From positions 1 to 38,042 of IMG/VR virus record IMGVR_UViG_3300027732_000057: a stretch of 38,042 bases of DNA. One strand, 5' to 3'. The notes below the pieces were generated by a model. It ran no database searches, was not told where the DNA came from, and saw nothing but the letters and a program-made list of their open reading frames with translations. Source of the DNA: a virus. Taxonomy: Duplodnaviria; Caudoviricetes. The translations under genes and the position numbers were made by a program. This document shows positions 1 to 8,302 of this stretch, one piece after another. The stretch's first letter is position 1; every line of letters begins with the position of its first letter.

Positions 1-2673
1 TGCTGTATTTGCTTGTGTAAAAGCAGCATTAGCGAATGAAGCACCAGAAGTTGCTGTAGTGGTTGCTGAATTAGCTGCTGTAAAAGCACCATTAGCAAAT
101 GATGCACCAGAAGTTGCTGTAGTGGTTGCTGAATTAGCTGCTGTAAAAGCACCATTAGCAAATGATGCACCAGAAGTTGCTGTAGTGGTTGCTGAATTAG
201 CTGCTGTAAAAGCACCATTAGCAAATGATGCACCAGAAGTTGCTGTAGTTGATGCCGAATTAGCTGTTGTAAAAGCACCATTAGCAAATGATGCACCAGA
301 AGTTGCTGTAGTGGTTGCTGTATTTGCTTTTGTGAATGCACCATTAGCAAAACTGCCAGCAGAGTTTGCTGTATCATATGCATTGTTGGCTTGTGTTCTA
401 ACCCATGCATCTGTACCGCCAGTATTAGCTTGAGCATAGGCAGCATTGGCTCTATCAAAGGCACCATTAGCGAATAAAGCACCAGAAGTTGCTGTAGTGG
501 TTGCTGAATTGGCTGCTGTAAAAGCACCATTAGCAAACCCGGCCGTTATGTTTTGTGATGCATAAGATGTATTTGCAGTTAAGTATGCACCATTTGAATT
601 GAGTCTTGCCCATGAATCTAATTGAACCGATGAAGTCAAAGTAGAAGAACTTATGTCAACCCAATAACTACTGGTGCCATCATTTATATATTCATAAAGA
701 ATATCGATTGCAATAAAATACCATTGGTCGCCAATGGTTGCTGTAACTGGTGTACTATTTGCAGCGGTGTATGTTATACCTGTATTGGTATTTGCTGCAG
801 CATAAGCCGCATTGGCTCTTGCAAAGGCACCGTTTGCAAATATTGCACCAGAGTTGGCCGTTACAAAAGAACCATTAGCGAATGAAGCACCACTATTTGC
901 TGTATTGTATGCATTGTTGGCTTGAGTTCTAACCCAAGAATCAGTAGCATTATTGGCAGTATTATATGCAGCATTGGCTCTATCAAAGGCACCATTAGCG
1001 AATGAGGCACTAGAATTGGCCTTATCATATGAGTTATTAGCATGAGTTCTAACCCATGCATCTGGCGTGCTGGTATTTGCAGTATATTGTTTTGTACCGT
1101 CCGAAAATGTGATTGCATTATCACCAGTACCTGTTATGGTTAATACACCATTAACAGTTGTATTTGCATTAATAATTAAACTACCTGAAATTGTACCACC
1201 AGTTAATGGTAATGCATTATTTGCCTTGGTGAATGCACCATTAGCAAACGATGCACCAGAGTTGGCTGTTACAAATGCACCATTAGCAAACGATGCACCA
1301 GAGTTGGCTGTTACAAATGCACCATTAGCAAACGAAGCACCAGAATTTGCTGTATCGTATGCATTATTAGCTTGATTTCTAACCCACGGATCTGTTGCAT
1401 TGTTTGCAGCATTAAAGGCTGCGTTAGCAGTTATGAAGGCACCATTAGCAAACGAAGCACCAGAATTTGCTGTATCGTATGCATTATTAGCTTGAGTTCT
1501 AACCCAAGAATCAGTAGCATTATTGGCAGTATTATATGCAGCATTGGCTCTATCAAAAGCACCATTAGCAAATGAAGCACCAGAATTGGCTGCTAAGAAG
1601 GCACCATTTGCGAATGAACCGGCTGAATTTGCTTGGCCATAACCAGAGTTGGCTCTTAAGAAAGATGCATTAGCAAACGTTGCACCAGAATTGGCCTTAT
1701 CATATGCATTGTTGGCTTGTGTTCTTACCCATACATCTAGTGAAGTGGAATTAGCTGTATATTGTTTTGTGCCATCAGAAAATGTGATTGCATTATCACC
1801 AGTACCTGTTATGGTCAATACACCATTAACAGTTGTATTTGCATTAATAATTAAGTCACCAGTTAAAGTACCACCAGTTAATGGTAATGCATTATTTGCC
1901 TTGGTGAATGCACCATTAGCGAATGAACCTGCTGAGTTTGCTGTATCATATGCATTATTAGCTTGTGTTCTAACCCATGCATCAGTACCACCAGTATTTG
2001 CTTGAGCATAGGCAGCATTGGCTCTATCGAAAGAACCATTAGCAAATATTGCACCAGAGTTTGCTGTATCATATGCATTATTAGCTTGAGTTCTAACCCA
2101 AGAATCAGTAGCATTATTGGCAGTATTATATGCAGCATTGGCTCTATCAAAAGCACCATTAGCAAATGAAGCACCAGTATTTGCCTGTGCATAAGCATCA
2201 TTGGCTCTATCAAAGGCACCATTAGCAAATGAAGCACCAGAATTGGCTGCTAAGAAGGCACCATTAGCAAATGATGCAGCAGAGTTTGCTTGGCCATAAC
2301 CAGAGTTGGCTCTTAAGAAAGATGCATTAGCAAATGAACCTGCTGAGTTTGCTTTGTCGTATGAGTTATTAGCTTGTGTTCTAACCCATGCATCCATGGA
2401 ATTTGCAGTATATTGTTTTGTACCATCAGCAAACGTAATAGCATTATCACCAGTACCTGTTATGGTCAAAACTCCATTAACAGTTGTATTGGCATTAATA
2501 ATCAATGCACCTGTTAATGTACCACCAGTTAATGGTAATGCATTATTTGCCTTGGTGAAAGCACCATTAGCGAATGATGCAGCACTATTAGCAGCTGCAA
2601 ACGCACCATTGGCATCCAAGGATGATATTCTTACATCCTTATTTTCTTGGTTGCCAATGTATCCAAACTTCAT
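1..2673 (-). CDS. Repeat-rich fibre protein (Ala/Asn heptad coiled-coil stalks with interspersed beta-rich domains); 3' end runs off the window, >=891 aa
   Basis: Absent from the ORF track because there is no stop in the window. ATG at 2673, 1 nt after the TAA of the upstream gene. Reads MKFGYIGNQENKDVRISSLDANGAFAAANSAASFANGAFTKANNALPLTGGTLTG... and the same frame reads ...FTQANTA at position 1. Contains a GDQWY..LYEYINDGTSSYWVD domain near 650-790. Confidence 0.85.
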   Translation of the reverse strand, partial: MKFGYIGNQENKDVRISSLDANGAFAAANSAASFANGAFTKANNALPLTGGTLTGALIINANTTVNGVLTITGTGDNAITFADGTKQYTANSMDAWVRTQANNSYDKANSAGSFANASFLRANSGYGQANSAASFANGAFLAANSGASFANGAFDRANDAYAQANTGASFANGAFDRANAAYNTANNATDSWVRTQANNAYDTANSGAIFANGSFDRANAAYAQANTGGTDAWVRTQANNAYDTANSAGSFANGAFTKANNALPLTGGTLTGDLIINANTTVNGVLTITGTGDNAITFSDGTKQYTANSTSLDVWVRTQANNAYDKANSGATFANASFLRANSGYGQANSAGSFANGAFLAANSGASFANGAFDRANAAYNTANNATDSWVRTQANNAYDTANSGASFANGAFITANAAFNAANNATDPWVRNQANNAYDTANSGASFANGAFVTANSGASFANGAFVTANSGASFANGAFTKANNALPLTGGTISGSLIINANTTVNGVLTITGTGDNAITFSDGTKQYTANTSTPDAWVRTHANNSYDKANSSASFANGAFDRANAAYNTANNATDSWVRTQANNAYNTANSGASFANGSFVTANSGAIFANGAFARANAAYAAANTNTGITYTAANSTPVTATIGDQWYFIAIDILYEYINDGTSSYWVDISSSTLTSSVQLDSWARLNSNGAYLTANTSYASQNITAGFANGAFTAANSATTTATSGALFANGAFDRANAAYAQANTGGTDAWVRTQANNAYDTANSAGSFANGAFTKANTATTTATSGASFANGAFTTANSASTTATSGASFANGAFTAANSATTTATSGASFANGAFTAANSATTTATSGASFANGAFTAANSATTTATSGASFANAAFTQANTA
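41..320. repeat. 63-bp tandem repeat, ~4.4 copies (21-aa unit SFANGAFTAANSATTTATSGA)
   Basis: gcaccagaagttgctgtagtggttgctgaattagctgctgtaaaagcaccattagcaaatgat recurs at 63-nt period; coding repeat within the fibre ORF. Confidence 0.9.
1080..2570. repeat. Three dispersed copies of a ~150-bp module (LPLTGGT..G.LIINANTTVNGVLTITGTGDNAITF.DGTKQYTAN)
   Basis: Identical 26-bp core gcattatcaccagtacctgttatggt at 1115-1140, 1790-1815 and 2441-2466; spacings 675 and 651 nt, both in frame. Confidence 0.9.
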
Positions 2674-2674
2674 G

Positions 2675-3001
2675 TTATGTTATTTCCAATAAACTTAAAA
2701 TAACATCAGCTGCTGAAGCATTACTTGTTGAAACTTTAATTATATCATTGGCTTCCATAACCAATTTTTGTTCACCACCAATTGTGATGAGAGAACTTCC
2801 CGGCTCAATATCGGCCATCTTAACCATGTAATAATCTGAACCACCGGAAGTTAAGATTACATTTGCTGTTATGGTTGTGGTTAATATATTTGCAATCGTC
2901 ATACCAATAACTGTGGTTGATACACCAATACCAGCTGTATAGATTGTGGTAGGTGATGTTCCGACTGCTGCTTGTAGTTGATTTTTAAAAGTATTTGCCA
3001 T
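2675..3001 (-). CDS. Small beta-rich virion protein (MANTFKN type), putative fibre adaptor
   Basis: 108 aa; MANTFKN...TTVIGMTIANI...QKLVMEANDIIKV pattern recalled from phage fibre clusters; late-promoter motif and SD-like AGGGA upstream. Confidence 0.7.
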   Translation of the reverse strand: MANTFKNQLQAAVGTSPTTIYTAGIGVSTTVIGMTIANILTTTITANVILTSGGSDYYMVKMADIEPGSSLITIGGEQKLVMEANDIIKVSTSNASAADVILSLLEIT

Positions 3002-3021
3002 TTAAATTCCCTGTTATCTTC

Positions 3022-3029
3022 TATTTATT
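3022..3029 (-). promoter_or_regulatory. T4-type late promoter motif (AATAAATA)
   Basis: Intergenic match to TATAAATA upstream of 3001. Confidence 0.6.
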
Positions 3030-3032
3030 CTA

Positions 3033-3443
3033 TCAACTAAAGGCGATTGTGAATGCAATAATATCAGCATTCACATCTAATGCTACTGCGGCGTTGTTTG
3101 CCTTATCAAAGGCCGAATTGGCGTGTGTATATGCTGACGCATCAGTTGTTGAATCAATGGAATTGATAGTGATTGTTTTTGTGCTTGTGTTGGTGCTGAT
3201 GGTTATGTTATTACCAGCAACGAAAGACAGGGTGTCTGAAGCACTTCCCGCAAATATTAGGGAGTTGTTTGAGTTGATTGTATCAAACGATAGTTGGTTG
3301 TAGATGTAAGAGGTACCACCACCACTATTTTTATAATACAGTTTACCATCAGCGTAGTTAAGCGCAACCTCACCAAATGATAGTCCAGATGGTGTGTTGC
3401 CTGAAGCGCCTGATTTTTTTAACTGTATTGCTGTGTTTGACAT
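3033..3443 (-). CDS. Short fibre/adaptor protein with Mtd_N-like N-terminal domain
   Basis: N-terminus IQLKKSGASGNTPSGLSFGEVALNYADGKLYYKN; short AN coiled coil; hydrophobic C-terminus IIAFTIAFS. Confidence 0.7.
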   Translation of the reverse strand: MSNTAIQLKKSGASGNTPSGLSFGEVALNYADGKLYYKNSGGGTSYIYNQLSFDTINSNNSLIFAGSASDTLSFVAGNNITISTNTSTKTITINSIDSTTDASAYTHANSAFDKANNAAVALDVNADIIAFTIAFS

Positions 3444-3447
3444 TTAC

Positions 3448-4173
3448 TTAAAACGTTCCGCCATCCTTGAGTACGCCATCGGCACCAACTAAACTTGTTA
3501 TGGTAGTTGATACCACTTCTTTATTCAGCTGTTCTTCAATTTTTTTACGCTTGGCAGGAGGTAGTTGTAAGTAATCAATTTTTTCAGTTAATGATGCAAT
3601 TGTATTGTGTAGATTGCTCTTTTCAGTTTCATGTCTTTGGATTAATTCTCTGGTATTTTTTTCGTTTTCTTCCTTAATACCATTAACTTTTCCATTGGTT
3701 TCGGCAGAGATTGAGTTGATTCTATTTTCCAGTTCTGAACGAACCCGATTAGTTTCTTCTCTAGCCTTCATCAATTCACTCTTGAATGTATCAACGTGTG
3801 TGGCCTGATTCTTGACACTCTCGTAATCACGATATTTGGTGGCCAATTCATCAAGTTCAGTACGATGTTTACTATTCAATTCATTAATGTCGTTACCTTG
3901 TTTGGTAATAAGTTGTTCTTTTTCATTCAACTTATTTTTCAAATCTTGTATAACATTACTTTCATTTACAACATTTGAACTTTTTAACTGTTGAATTGCT
4001 TGTTGCAGTTCTTCAGTTAAATTACTCAACGATTCAATCTTTTCAGTCTGTTCTTTTACAACCTCATCAGTAATTTTTTGATTCGCTTGCATTGAGACAT
4101 TTCGGACAACACAATCAGTCATGGTTGCCGTCAATGTCTCAATATAATAATTTAAATACTTTTCATTTCCCAT
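3448..4173 (-). CDS. Coiled-coil protein with C-terminal DGGTF motif
   Basis: 241 aa, E/K/L/N-rich heptads; AGGAG SD before the ATG. Confidence 0.75.
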   Translation of the reverse strand: MGNEKYLNYYIETLTATMTDCVVRNVSMQANQKITDEVVKEQTEKIESLSNLTEELQQAIQQLKSSNVVNESNVIQDLKNKLNEKEQLITKQGNDINELNSKHRTELDELATKYRDYESVKNQATHVDTFKSELMKAREETNRVRSELENRINSISAETNGKVNGIKEENEKNTRELIQRHETEKSNLHNTIASLTEKIDYLQLPPAKRKKIEEQLNKEVVSTTITSLVGADGVLKDGGTF

Positions 4174-4206
4174 TTCAAACTCCTATCATAAAAAAATCTA
4201 TTACAT

Positions 4207-4214
4207 TATATAGT
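4207..4214 (-). promoter_or_regulatory. Possible late promoter variant (ACTATATA)
   Basis: Lies in the 45-bp gap upstream of 4173; TATATA variant of TAAATA. Confidence 0.35.
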
Positions 4215-4218
4215 CAGC

Positions 4219-6135
4219 TTAGAATTGACCTCCATCCAAAGCGGATGACCAAACAGGAACACCTGCATTGGTTACTGTAAGTATTTGATTCGACCATGTT
4301 TGGTCGGATGAACCGGCCACAGCAGTAACACCCAGCGCACTAGTGCCTGAACCGTATACGATACCGTTTGTGGCAAATGTAGAAGCACCAGTACCGCCTT
4401 GTGTTACAGTCAGACCAGAAATGTCTTGTGCAGTTGCCGCACTTACACGACCATATGCATCAACAGTCAATGATGTGATTGTCTTAGCTGCACCTAGTGT
4501 ACCAGTTAATGAGTAAGTAACGTTTGCAAGTGTAGAAACTGCACCTGTTCCGTTACCAATTAACAAACCACCTGCACTTAATGTTGATGCACCAGTACCA
4601 CCTTGAGCAACTGATAGACCAGAGATTGCTTGTTGTGAGAATCCTGTTACACGGCCGTATACATCTGTTGTAATGTTGTTAACTGTATTTGATGTTGCAA
4701 CGTTTGTATTGATAGAAGAAACGTTTGCTTGTGATGCTAGACCACCTGTACCGTCACCAAGAAGAACTTGACCAGCAGTGAATGTATTTCGTCCTGTACC
4801 GCCTTGTCCAACTGTTAGACCAGAGATTTGATTGAATGTAGCAGCAGTGAATCTACCATATGCATCTACTGTTACGGATGTGATGGTATTATTTTGTGCG
4901 CCAGCACCAGTTTCAACATAAGTTGTATTAGCAAGTAGTTTTAATGAGTTTGAACCATCACCAACAAGAATAGAACCAGCAGTGAATGAACTTGCGCCAG
5001 TACCACCGTTAGATACTGTTAGGTCATCAGTTAGTGTTAATGATTTTAGTGATGATGCACCAGCAACTGTTAATGTACCAACTTGTAATACTGTTGTGTT
5101 TGCCCATGCAGCAACTAAGTTTGATCTCAAGTTTGCTTGGCGGAATGTTCCATCAGAAACATTAATTACGTTACTTGTTGGATCGCCTGTATAGTTATCG
5201 AATAGATAATATGCACCATCACCAGCGTGACGAATCAAACCAGCAGAACGAGCTGATCCATCATTATACGAACCAACAAAACCAATATCGACTGCATCAC
5301 CTGCATTGTTTGCTGCAAGACCAATCAACGAATCTTCAACTGTCATTGTTGTTACATCATATTTTGTAACTGCACCTAGAACAGCAAGGTTACCACTGAT
5401 GGTAATATTACCATCAATAGTTTGATTCATTGATGCGGTATTTGCACGAACAACTGTCGTATCTACATCAAAGGTTACAGCATTTGAACCAGCTACTGAT
5501 GTAATACCTTGGCCGCCAGTGAAGGTGAATGTGTCAGTTACCAAATCAATTGCATCTGTACCAGTATCACCAGCATAATTCAATGTTGTTGAGATTGCAG
5601 ACGAATTGGCAATGGTCATAACACGACCGTTTGCAGACACTTGAATGATAGGTATTACTGTTGAACCACCATATACACCAGCATTTAGACCAGCAACCGC
5701 ATTAAGTGATGCACTTAATGTTGCGTTTGCAGTACCATTAAACAACTGTGCAGACGCAGTAATGTCACCACCAGAAACATTAATGAATCTGTCTGTTTGG
5801 AATTGCGTTGCAGAGTTTGCGTTACCTGAGAAAGCGCCAGTACTTAATGTTCCACCATCAGAGAAACTAATACTTCTAACGTTTGCATGGCCAACAAAAA
5901 TGTTACCAGCAGCATCACGTTTAACTAAGGTGCTTACCGTATTTGCACTGGTCGCTGCATCAACTATTTGTGTGTAATATACACCACCAACATTGATAAC
6001 ACCAGTACCTGCTGGTGAACCAATGAACATCGTGTTCGATGAGTATGAATATCCTAATTCACCCGCTTGTAGACTTACTGGTTTGTCTACCGTGGTGGAA
6101 CGTTTGATTAGAATTGAAGTATTTCCGATAGCCAT
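4219..6135 (-). CDS. Tail fibre-like protein
   Basis: 638 aa, G/T/S/A-rich; N-terminal ILIKRS..KPVSLQAGELGYS; repeats of LTVxxGGTGAS and TVDAYGR; ends LDGGQF; AAGGA SD. Confidence 0.8.
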   Translation of the reverse strand: MAIGNTSILIKRSTTVDKPVSLQAGELGYSYSSNTMFIGSPAGTGVINVGGVYYTQIVDAATSANTVSTLVKRDAAGNIFVGHANVRSISFSDGGTLSTGAFSGNANSATQFQTDRFINVSGGDITASAQLFNGTANATLSASLNAVAGLNAGVYGGSTVIPIIQVSANGRVMTIANSSAISTTLNYAGDTGTDAIDLVTDTFTFTGGQGITSVAGSNAVTFDVDTTVVRANTASMNQTIDGNITISGNLAVLGAVTKYDVTTMTVEDSLIGLAANNAGDAVDIGFVGSYNDGSARSAGLIRHAGDGAYYLFDNYTGDPTSNVINVSDGTFRQANLRSNLVAAWANTTVLQVGTLTVAGASSLKSLTLTDDLTVSNGGTGASSFTAGSILVGDGSNSLKLLANTTYVETGAGAQNNTITSVTVDAYGRFTAATFNQISGLTVGQGGTGRNTFTAGQVLLGDGTGGLASQANVSSINTNVATSNTVNNITTDVYGRVTGFSQQAISGLSVAQGGTGASTLSAGGLLIGNGTGAVSTLANVTYSLTGTLGAAKTITSLTVDAYGRVSAATAQDISGLTVTQGGTGASTFATNGIVYGSGTSALGVTAVAGSSDQTWSNQILTVTNAGVPVWSSALDGGQF

Positions 6136-6177
6136 TATGTTATCCTTTTTGTTTAGTTGGATTTAAATCCTATTATC

Positions 6178-6185
6178 TATTTATG
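6178..6185 (-). promoter_or_regulatory. T4-type late promoter motif (CATAAATA)
   Basis: Overlaps the stop of the 74-aa gene, upstream of 6135. Confidence 0.6.
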
Positions 6186-6405
6186 AAAAATTGCCTGCAT
6201 CAATTATACTAATTGCATTGGCAATGTACTCTGGTCCACCTATACTAACAATATTATTAGTCCATAACTGAGTTTCCACATTTAATCTGTTACTGCCAAT
6301 GAAAAGAGTGTTAGAAACAAAAGAAAAAGCCAACTCACCATCAACTAAATTGCTTGGTGATGTATTCGCATAAGAACGCAGTATCTGAATCGTTGTATTT
6401 GCCAT
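6181..6405 (-). CDS. Minimal adaptor: Mtd_N-like domain plus DAGNF tail
   Basis: 74 aa; IQILRS..SPSNLVDGELAFSFVSNTLFIG is paralogous to the N-termini of 4219..6135 and 3033..3443. Confidence 0.7.
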   Translation of the reverse strand: MANTTIQILRSYANTSPSNLVDGELAFSFVSNTLFIGSNRLNVETQLWTNNIVSIGGPEYIANAISIIDAGNFS

Positions 6406-6413
6406 AACTTATT

Positions 6414-6947
6414 TTAAAAGAAACCCATATCAACGCCTTGGAAGGCCAAATAAGTTATAGAATTTGCAACTGCCCGTTGAATTGCATCTTCCGGAATCAC
6501 ACCTTGAATGGTCTGCACTGGTGTAAGACCACCAACTGGTGATATAACAAGCGCAATCGGATTAGGATTTGCTGCTGTTGGTGCCGCTGAAAATGAAAGC
6601 GCACCAGTTGTTGCTTCGGCTTTAATGACTGTACCATCCAAGTCAATCGTGTTACCACTTAAAAATAGACTTCGGAATTTTTGTGTTCTACTACCAAGGT
6701 CAAATGTTCTTGACTGTGTTGGTAATAAATTACCACGTATTGGTGTATCAGTACCAAGGCCTTTGGCAGAAAATGTTTTGGTGGTTGAATTATAAACTAT
6801 CACATCACCAGTGTTTGCACCAGTAAGTGATAAGTCAGTTAAACTTCTAAGTGTTTGTGTACCATAGGATAACGTTTGAACTTTGGTTTTTTGTCCTTCT
6901 ATTCTTACCCTAACTGTGGCTGGTTGTCTTACTGTTACCGTTGGCAT
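6414..6947 (-). CDS. Virion fibre-associated protein
   Basis: 177 aa; LTDLSLTGANTGDVIVYNSTTKTF and GNLLPTQSRTFDLGSRTQKFRSLFLSG fibre motifs; ends VDMGFF; AAGGA SD. Confidence 0.7.
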   Translation of the reverse strand: MPTVTVRQPATVRVRIEGQKTKVQTLSYGTQTLRSLTDLSLTGANTGDVIVYNSTTKTFSAKGLGTDTPIRGNLLPTQSRTFDLGSRTQKFRSLFLSGNTIDLDGTVIKAEATTGALSFSAAPTAANPNPIALVISPVGGLTPVQTIQGVIPEDAIQRAVANSITYLAFQGVDMGFF

Positions 6948-6956
6948 GATATTCCT

Positions 6957-7298
6957 TTAAAATACAGTAACTTGGGGTATCACATTCACTATTCCTTCTA
7001 AAACTCTTGTAACGGTATTAGAAGAATCTTTTATAACAACATCATACACATATCTACCGGCAGAAATGTTTGCAGTATTTGCATATGGCAAAGACATAAT
7101 CAAAATACCTTCAGTTGGATCATTAATAGTTATGACAAATTGTGCCGTTGTGCTGCTTGAATAATAAGATTTTTTCATCACAGCTTTAACTTGGCAATTA
7201 ACCAATTGAAACGGCGAACCGTCAGCCTCATCTAATGTTATTGATGTATTGAAGCTTGAACCTTGTTCTAAAAATAATTCTTGGTAACCTGCTGCCAT
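6957..7298 (-). CDS. Small Ig-like virion structural protein
   Basis: 113 aa; LEQGSSF...AGRYVYDV...TRVLEGIVNVIPQVT pattern recalled from T4-like aquatic phage fibre clusters. Confidence 0.7.
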   Translation of the reverse strand: MAAGYQELFLEQGSSFNTSITLDEADGSPFQLVNCQVKAVMKKSYYSSSTTAQFVITINDPTEGILIMSLPYANTANISAGRYVYDVVIKDSSNTVTRVLEGIVNVIPQVTVF

Positions 7299-7317
7299 TT
7301 TTTAACCCCTTTAGAGG

Positions 7318-7325
7318 TATTTATT
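7318..7325 (-). promoter_or_regulatory. T4-type late promoter motif (AATAAATA)
   Basis: Intergenic, upstream of 7298. Confidence 0.6.
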
Positions 7326-7327
7326 AC

Positions 7328-8302
7328 TTATGCGGTTCGCATCCAGACATATAATGGATTAATATTTGGTGTCCAAGCTGTATTGGCCACTGCGGCCCAT
7401 GTACCAAAACCCAATAATGTTCCTGGATTTGCACTGTTCTGTCCGTTCATGTATATAGAACCAATTGGATATCCAGTGGACAGTGTGTTTATGACCGTTG
7501 GAATGGATGGTTTATCTGACAAATCAAAATATGAACCTGATGTTGCTACAGCAGCAAGGCCTGAAACTGAACCTGCACCAATTGAGATTGATATACTATT
7601 TGCAGAAGTGATTCTACCATAAGTATCAACAGTGAATCTTGCGGATGCTGATTGTGAACCTTGTGAACTAGCCGTTACACCAGATGCAGCCAATCTAGCG
7701 GAAGGTAATGTACCTAATGTAATATTGACTGCATTAGTAGTATCTGTCGTTGCTGATGCGGCTAATCCAGTTACTTGTGATGGTATAATTTGAATCGAAA
7801 CGTTTGCGGAAGATGTAATTCTACCATAAGAATCGACCACAAATCTTGAATATGATGTACCTGCTGATGATCCGTATGTACCAATTGTTACTGCTGTTGT
7901 TGGTAATCTGTCCACAGGTAATGTACCTGATGTAATGTTGTCAGCATCGGTCGTATCTGTCGTTGCTGATGTTGCAAAGGTTGGATAACCAGTAATCTGT
8001 GAAGTTGCAATTTGAATCTGTATACTGTTGGCAGATGTGATTCTACCTTTGGCATCCACGGTAAAACGTGGAGCAGAACTTGCGGAACCAACCGATGTTG
8101 CAGACACCTTATCTGGTAATCTAGCATCAACAAATGTACCGGATGATACTTGATTTGTGGTTATTGAAACAGCCTGTTGTGATGCCGATGTAATTCTACC
8201 TTGTGCATCAGTGACAATTGTTGGTATTTGTGCGGCCTCACCATATGTACCAGCAGTCACTGCTGTGTTTGCCAGTACTGACGGCGTTATCTTTGTTGTC
8301 AT
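7328..8302 (-). CDS. Fibre protein with VDxxGRITSA repeats and reduced T4 gp10-like C-terminal domain
   Basis: Four (T/V)D..GRITS repeats; C-terminus YPIGSIYMN..NPGTLLGFGTW...YVWMRTA; start overlaps the upstream stop. Confidence 0.75.
   Translation of the reverse strand: MTTKITPSVLANTAVTAGTYGEAAQIPTIVTDAQGRITSASQQAVSITTNQVSSGTFVDARLPDKVSATSVGSASSAPRFTVDAKGRITSANSIQIQIATSQITGYPTFATSATTDTTDADNITSGTLPVDRLPTTAVTIGTYGSSAGTSYSRFVVDSYGRITSSANVSIQIIPSQVTGLAASATTDTTNAVNITLGTLPSARLAASGVTASSQGSQSASARFTVDTYGRITSANSISISIGAGSVSGLAAVATSGSYFDLSDKPSIPTVINTLSTGYPIGSIYMNGQNSANPGTLLGFGTWAAVANTAWTPNINPLYVWMRTA

Noticed and set aside
41-320. CRISPR-like appearance of the regular repeats
   Set aside because: Units are contiguous, in frame and lack unique spacers; no cas genes.
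59-2831. Many short ORFs on + and in alternative - frames (59..433, 1067..1375, 1649..2005, 2306..2692, 861..1124, 1878..2237)
   Set aside because: Shadows of the repetitive minus-strand fibre ORF 2673 to <1; no independent coding signal.
1080-6405. Diversity-generating retroelement (Mtd_N-like domains plus dispersed repeats)
   Set aside because: No reverse transcriptase in the window; repeats are in-frame coding duplications without evident adenine-specific mismatches.
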